DNA from: Deltaproteobacteria bacterium
Lineage (GTDB): Bacteria; Myxococcota_A; UBA9160; SMWR01
Reading direction: 5' to 3'
Assembly (NCBI GenBank): GCA_032128115.1
Contig: JAQBHB010000094.1
Location: 1 to 63,430 of the forward strand
Length of the DNA stretch: 63,430 nt
In this document: piece by piece, positions 60,437-63,430 of the stretch
How positions within the stretch are numbered: the first letter of the stretch is position 1
Layout: each line of letters opens with the position of its first letter
The notes under the pieces: generated by a model
Told to the model about the DNA's origin: nothing
Databases searched by the model: none
What the model saw: only the letters and a program-made list of their open reading frames with translations
Program-made: the position numbers and the translations under genes

Positions 60437-61414
60437 TCACGGGGGGCAGTCGTGAGACCTTATGAACTCCAGAATGGCCGGGGCGGCGGTCTTGTCCGGG
60501 CGGCTCAGGGCCAGGATGATGCGGTAGTGATCCTCGTCCGGGACGAGGACGGTGCGGCTCTCGGCGCCTGCTGCACGCAGCGCCCGGTCGAGCAGCACCG
60601 ATTGGCGCTTGATGTCCTCCGGTTCGCCGGAGGCGTAGATCACCAGGGTCGGCGGGGAATCTTGCCGCACGTGAAATATGGGGGAGGCTTCGCGCTGCCA
60701 GGCCTCGCCGGATTCGCCGTCGCCGAAACGTTGCTCGAAGTAGGCCGGACTCGCGCCCAGCGCCCAGGTCTGCTCGTCGGTCAGGTCGAGGGCGGCGCCA
60801 CTCACCGGGATCAGGCCACACAGGCGCGGGTTCCCGGCGCCCAGGCGCGCGAGCCGGGTCTCGTCCAGGGCGACCCAGGTGACGAGCTGGGCGCCGGCCG
60901 AATGCCCCGAGACGAAGATCCGCTGGGGATCGCCTCCGTACCCGGCCACGTGGTCGTGCACCCAGGCCACCGCCTGGGACACGTCGTCCAGCTGCTCGCG
61001 CCAGGTCACCTGGGGCTGGAGCCGGTAGCTGATCACCGCCGTCCCCACCCCCCGGCTGGCGAAGTAGCGCCCGATGTTCGCGTAGACATCGCGGCCGCCG
61101 GCGCGAAGCGACCGGTCGCCCTCGGTCCAGCCGCCGCCGTGAACGAAGACCAGCACCGGCCACGGCGCCTTTTCCTCGGGCACGAACAGATCCAGGCGTT
61201 GTTTGTCCGGATCGGCTCCCGGCGAGCTCGCGTAGGAGATGTCGCGCACCCGGTGGTCGTCCGGGTGGTCCGCGTGTTCGTAGACGAAGGGCATGCCGGC
61301 CCAGTAGGAGACTGAGTAGAGCGCGTTCACGCAGCCGAGTCCGGTCAGGGCCAGCACGCTCAGGGCCTGCACGGTCAGGACCTGCAGCGTGGCGACGGGG
61401 TGGGGGGGCCTCAT
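60437..61414 (-). CDS. Alpha/beta hydrolase (HSL-like esterase), probably exported
   Basis: HGGGW, GHSAG, C-terminal EDH; lipobox-like GLGC. Confidence 0.88.
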   Translation of the reverse strand: MRPPHPVATLQVLTVQALSVLALTGLGCVNALYSVSYWAGMPFVYEHADHPDDHRVRDISYASSPGADPDKQRLDLFVPEEKAPWPVLVFVHGGGWTEGDRSLRAGGRDVYANIGRYFASRGVGTAVISYRLQPQVTWREQLDDVSQAVAWVHDHVAGYGGDPQRIFVSGHSAGAQLVTWVALDETRLARLGAGNPRLCGLIPVSGAALDLTDEQTWALGASPAYFEQRFGDGESGEAWQREASPIFHVRQDSPPTLVIYASGEPEDIKRQSVLLDRALRAAGAESRTVLVPDEDHYRIILALSRPDKTAAPAILEFIRSHDCPP

Positions 61415-61445
61415 GGGGGCAACGTATCGCGCCCCGGCGCGGCCG

Positions 61446-62471
61446 CTACCCCGTTCGCAGCTGCTCGATCACCCGGGCGTGTGCCGCGTCGTGCGCCGGG
61501 TCGGAAGGCAGCGGGAGGGCTACCCGGGTCACGAGTCCTCCGAAGCGATCGCCGATGGCCCGGGCGATCTCGTCGGACGTGCCCGAGACCACCAGCGTGT
61601 CGAGCATCTCGTCGCTGATGGCGGAGGTCATGTCGTCCCAGCGCCCGGCCCGGGTGAACTCGCGCAGGCGCTCGCCCACGTCGCGCCAGCCGTAGAGCTC
61701 GAGTGAAGGCCAATAGGCGGGGGTGGAGTACAGGAATGCAAGCAATTGGCGACAGCGGTCGCGCTCCTGTTGCACGTGGTCCCGCGCCGGGCCGGTAGCC
61801 ACCAGGCACTCGATGGCCAGCTTTATCTCCGCGGTGTCGCGTCCGCGCCGGGCGGCTCCCTTCTGAAGCCTCGGCCGGATCACCTCGCGCAGGTAGCGGG
61901 GCGAACTGTTGGTGGGGTGGGTGGCCATGCCGTCGGCCAGCTCGCCCGCCAACGCGGTCATGGCCGGGCCCACCGCGCCCAGGAAGATCGGAACGTCCGG
62001 GGCGTCGATCACATCGGGGCGGAAGAACGGTTGCATGCGCGTGAAGCGATAGTGCTCGCCTTCGAAGCGCAGCTCACCCCCCGTCCGCCAGGCCCGCCAG
62101 ATCGCGCGCAGCGACTCCACGTATTCGCGCATGCGCGGAACCGGGGGGGACCAGCGCGTGCTGTAGCGGTCGACGATGTTGCCGCGCACCTGGCTGCCCA
62201 GCCCCAGCTCGAAGCGGCCACCGGAGAACGCCTGGAGATCCCAGGCGGCCACCGCCACCGTCATGGGGCTGCGCGGAAACGCGACGAGCACGCTGGTGGC
62301 CACTCGCAGCCTGCGGGTGGCGCCGAGGGCGGTGAGGGCACCCAGCAGCGAATCGTGCACGGCCTCGGGCACGTGCAGGCCGTCGTAGCCCATTGCCTCG
62401 GCCCGGCGGGCGTGCTCCGCAACGCGGGCCAGCGGCATCCGCTGATCCATGCCGCTGTAAACTTCGAACAC
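61446..62471 (-). CDS. F420-dependent LLM-class oxidoreductase (TIGR03617-like)
   Basis: GYDG, VAFPRSPM, GRFELGLGSQV, FLYSTPAYW; GTG after GGAGG. Confidence 0.88.
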   Translation of the reverse strand: MFEVYSGMDQRMPLARVAEHARRAEAMGYDGLHVPEAVHDSLLGALTALGATRRLRVATSVLVAFPRSPMTVAVAAWDLQAFSGGRFELGLGSQVRGNIVDRYSTRWSPPVPRMREYVESLRAIWRAWRTGGELRFEGEHYRFTRMQPFFRPDVIDAPDVPIFLGAVGPAMTALAGELADGMATHPTNSSPRYLREVIRPRLQKGAARRGRDTAEIKLAIECLVATGPARDHVQQERDRCRQLLAFLYSTPAYWPSLELYGWRDVGERLREFTRAGRWDDMTSAISDEMLDTLVVSGTSDEIARAIGDRFGGLVTRVALPLPSDPAHDAAHARVIEQLRTG

Positions 62472-62642
62472 GGTTGTCCTCCGGCAAGTCATGCGCAACG
62501 CGAGTGCGCCAGGGAATTGTTCCAGATTCGCGCGGCGCTCGCGTCCCGCCTGCGCAGGCGCGCGTGCGCAGGCCAAGTGTGCCAGATTTCCGCGTTACAT
62601 TACCCGCCGGGAGAACCACTCACTCACGTAGGAGTGCGCTCG

Positions 62643-62951
62643 GTGGTCGCGGTGGTCGCGGTGGTCGCGATCGTGCTCCTCGGCATTGCACGACAGGCTC
62701 GTCGCACGCGCGATCTTCGGAACTCGCAGTGGCTGCAGGCCGAGGGCGAAGTGCTGGACGTCTGGCAGGACGGCGCGGGGCCCTATTGCGTGCGCTATCG
62801 ATTCACTCCCCAGGGGACTGTTGCCTCGATTACGCGCGATGAGATTGCCGGTTGTTTGCGGGAGTCGCTGCCCGAGGTCGGCGAACGGGTCCCGGTTCGA
62901 TACGATCCGAAGGCGCCGATGCTCGCCCGAATGCAAGACGAGAGTTGCTGA
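62643..62951 (+). CDS. DUF3592-like small membrane protein
   Basis: N-terminal TM (9-bp repeat encoding VVA x3), W..AEGEV, VRYRF, G..VPVRYDP..P. Confidence 0.6.
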   Translation: MVAVVAVVAIVLLGIARQARRTRDLRNSQWLQAEGEVLDVWQDGAGPYCVRYRFTPQGTVASITRDEIAGCLRESLPEVGERVPVRYDPKAPMLARMQDESC

Positions 62952-62992
62952 GGGGTCGTCCGGCACGGCGTGTGGTACAAGTCGGGTACTGG

Positions 62993-63430
62993 ATGAGCGC
63001 GAGCCGAGAACTGACGAGCGACACCGATCGGGAGTCACCCCGTTCGGCGCAGGAATACGCCGACCAGGCTTTTCTGCGAGCGGCTGGGGCGCCGCTCGTC
63101 ATGGGCAACGCGGTTCGCATCCTCGTCGATGCAACCGAAAATTTCCCGGCGTGGTTGGCCGCGATACGCGCTGCAAAGCGCACGATTCTCTTCGAGTCGT
63201 ACATCATCGACGACGATTCCGTCGGTCGCGAATTCGTTGCTGCGCTCGCGGAGCGGGCACGTGCCGGCATCCGAGTGCGGTTGATCTACGATTGGCTCGG
63301 AACGCATCGGCCGCAATGGATCTCCGACGCGCTCGTGCCGGCCGGGGCCGAAGTCCGGTGTTTCAATCCGCCTCGCCTCGCGAGTCCGTTCGGCTGGATA
63401 TCGCGCGATCACCGCAAGATGATCACCGTC
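62993..63430 (+). CDS. cls: Cardiolipin synthase/phospholipase D (3' end outside window)
   Basis: [41 protein letters not shown] (first HKD motif). Confidence 0.88.
   Translation, partial: MSASRELTSDTDRESPRSAQEYADQAFLRAAGAPLVMGNAVRILVDATENFPAWLAAIRAAKRTILFESYIIDDDSVGREFVAALAERARAGIRVRLIYDWLGTHRPQWISDALVPAGAEVRCFNPPRLASPFGWISRDHRKMITV

Noticed and set aside
62547..62560. CGCCTGCGCAGGCG palindrome upstream of the LLM gene as a third TetR operator
   Set aside because: Lacks the CTA/TAG ends and is 2 bp shorter in the centre; such GC palindromes are expected by chance.

Overview
High-GC bacterial chromosomal window, with gene content resembling Myxococcota/deltaproteobacterial MAGs (inference). 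Left to right: moeA and a degenerate mobA; a minus-strand asmA-like/rfaE2/moxR/DUF58/Bat operon; an HTH regulator and GAF-ptsP; an accessory patch (~14.8-20 kb); two EamA transporters; cyoE; an unusual leuS; a long MMPL/RND exporter; a NYN nuclease; frdABCD; hsp20; and a ~30 kb lipid/steroid-type catabolic region. The catabolic region has three heteromeric acyl-CoA dehydrogenase pairs, two P450s, a ferredoxin, CoA-transferases/racemase, an acyl-CoA ligase, a crotonase, an F420 LLM enzyme and a TetR. The window ends in a partial cardiolipin synthase. The main unannotated signals are: (1) the accessory patch looks like an eroded integron, with a 14-codon IntI fragment, three decayed attC left arms, a GNAT remnant and four divergent exported split-beta-barrel paralogues; (2) a palindromic operator shared by the tetR/ferredoxin promoter and a P450 promoter 6.4 kb away; (3) LeuRS lacks its zinc ligands and carries an apparently circularly permuted OB/DUF5666-like insert; (4) a three-way-junction element between convergent genes and an SD-occluding hsp20 hairpin. 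All family calls are from motif recognition by eye; no database searches were run.
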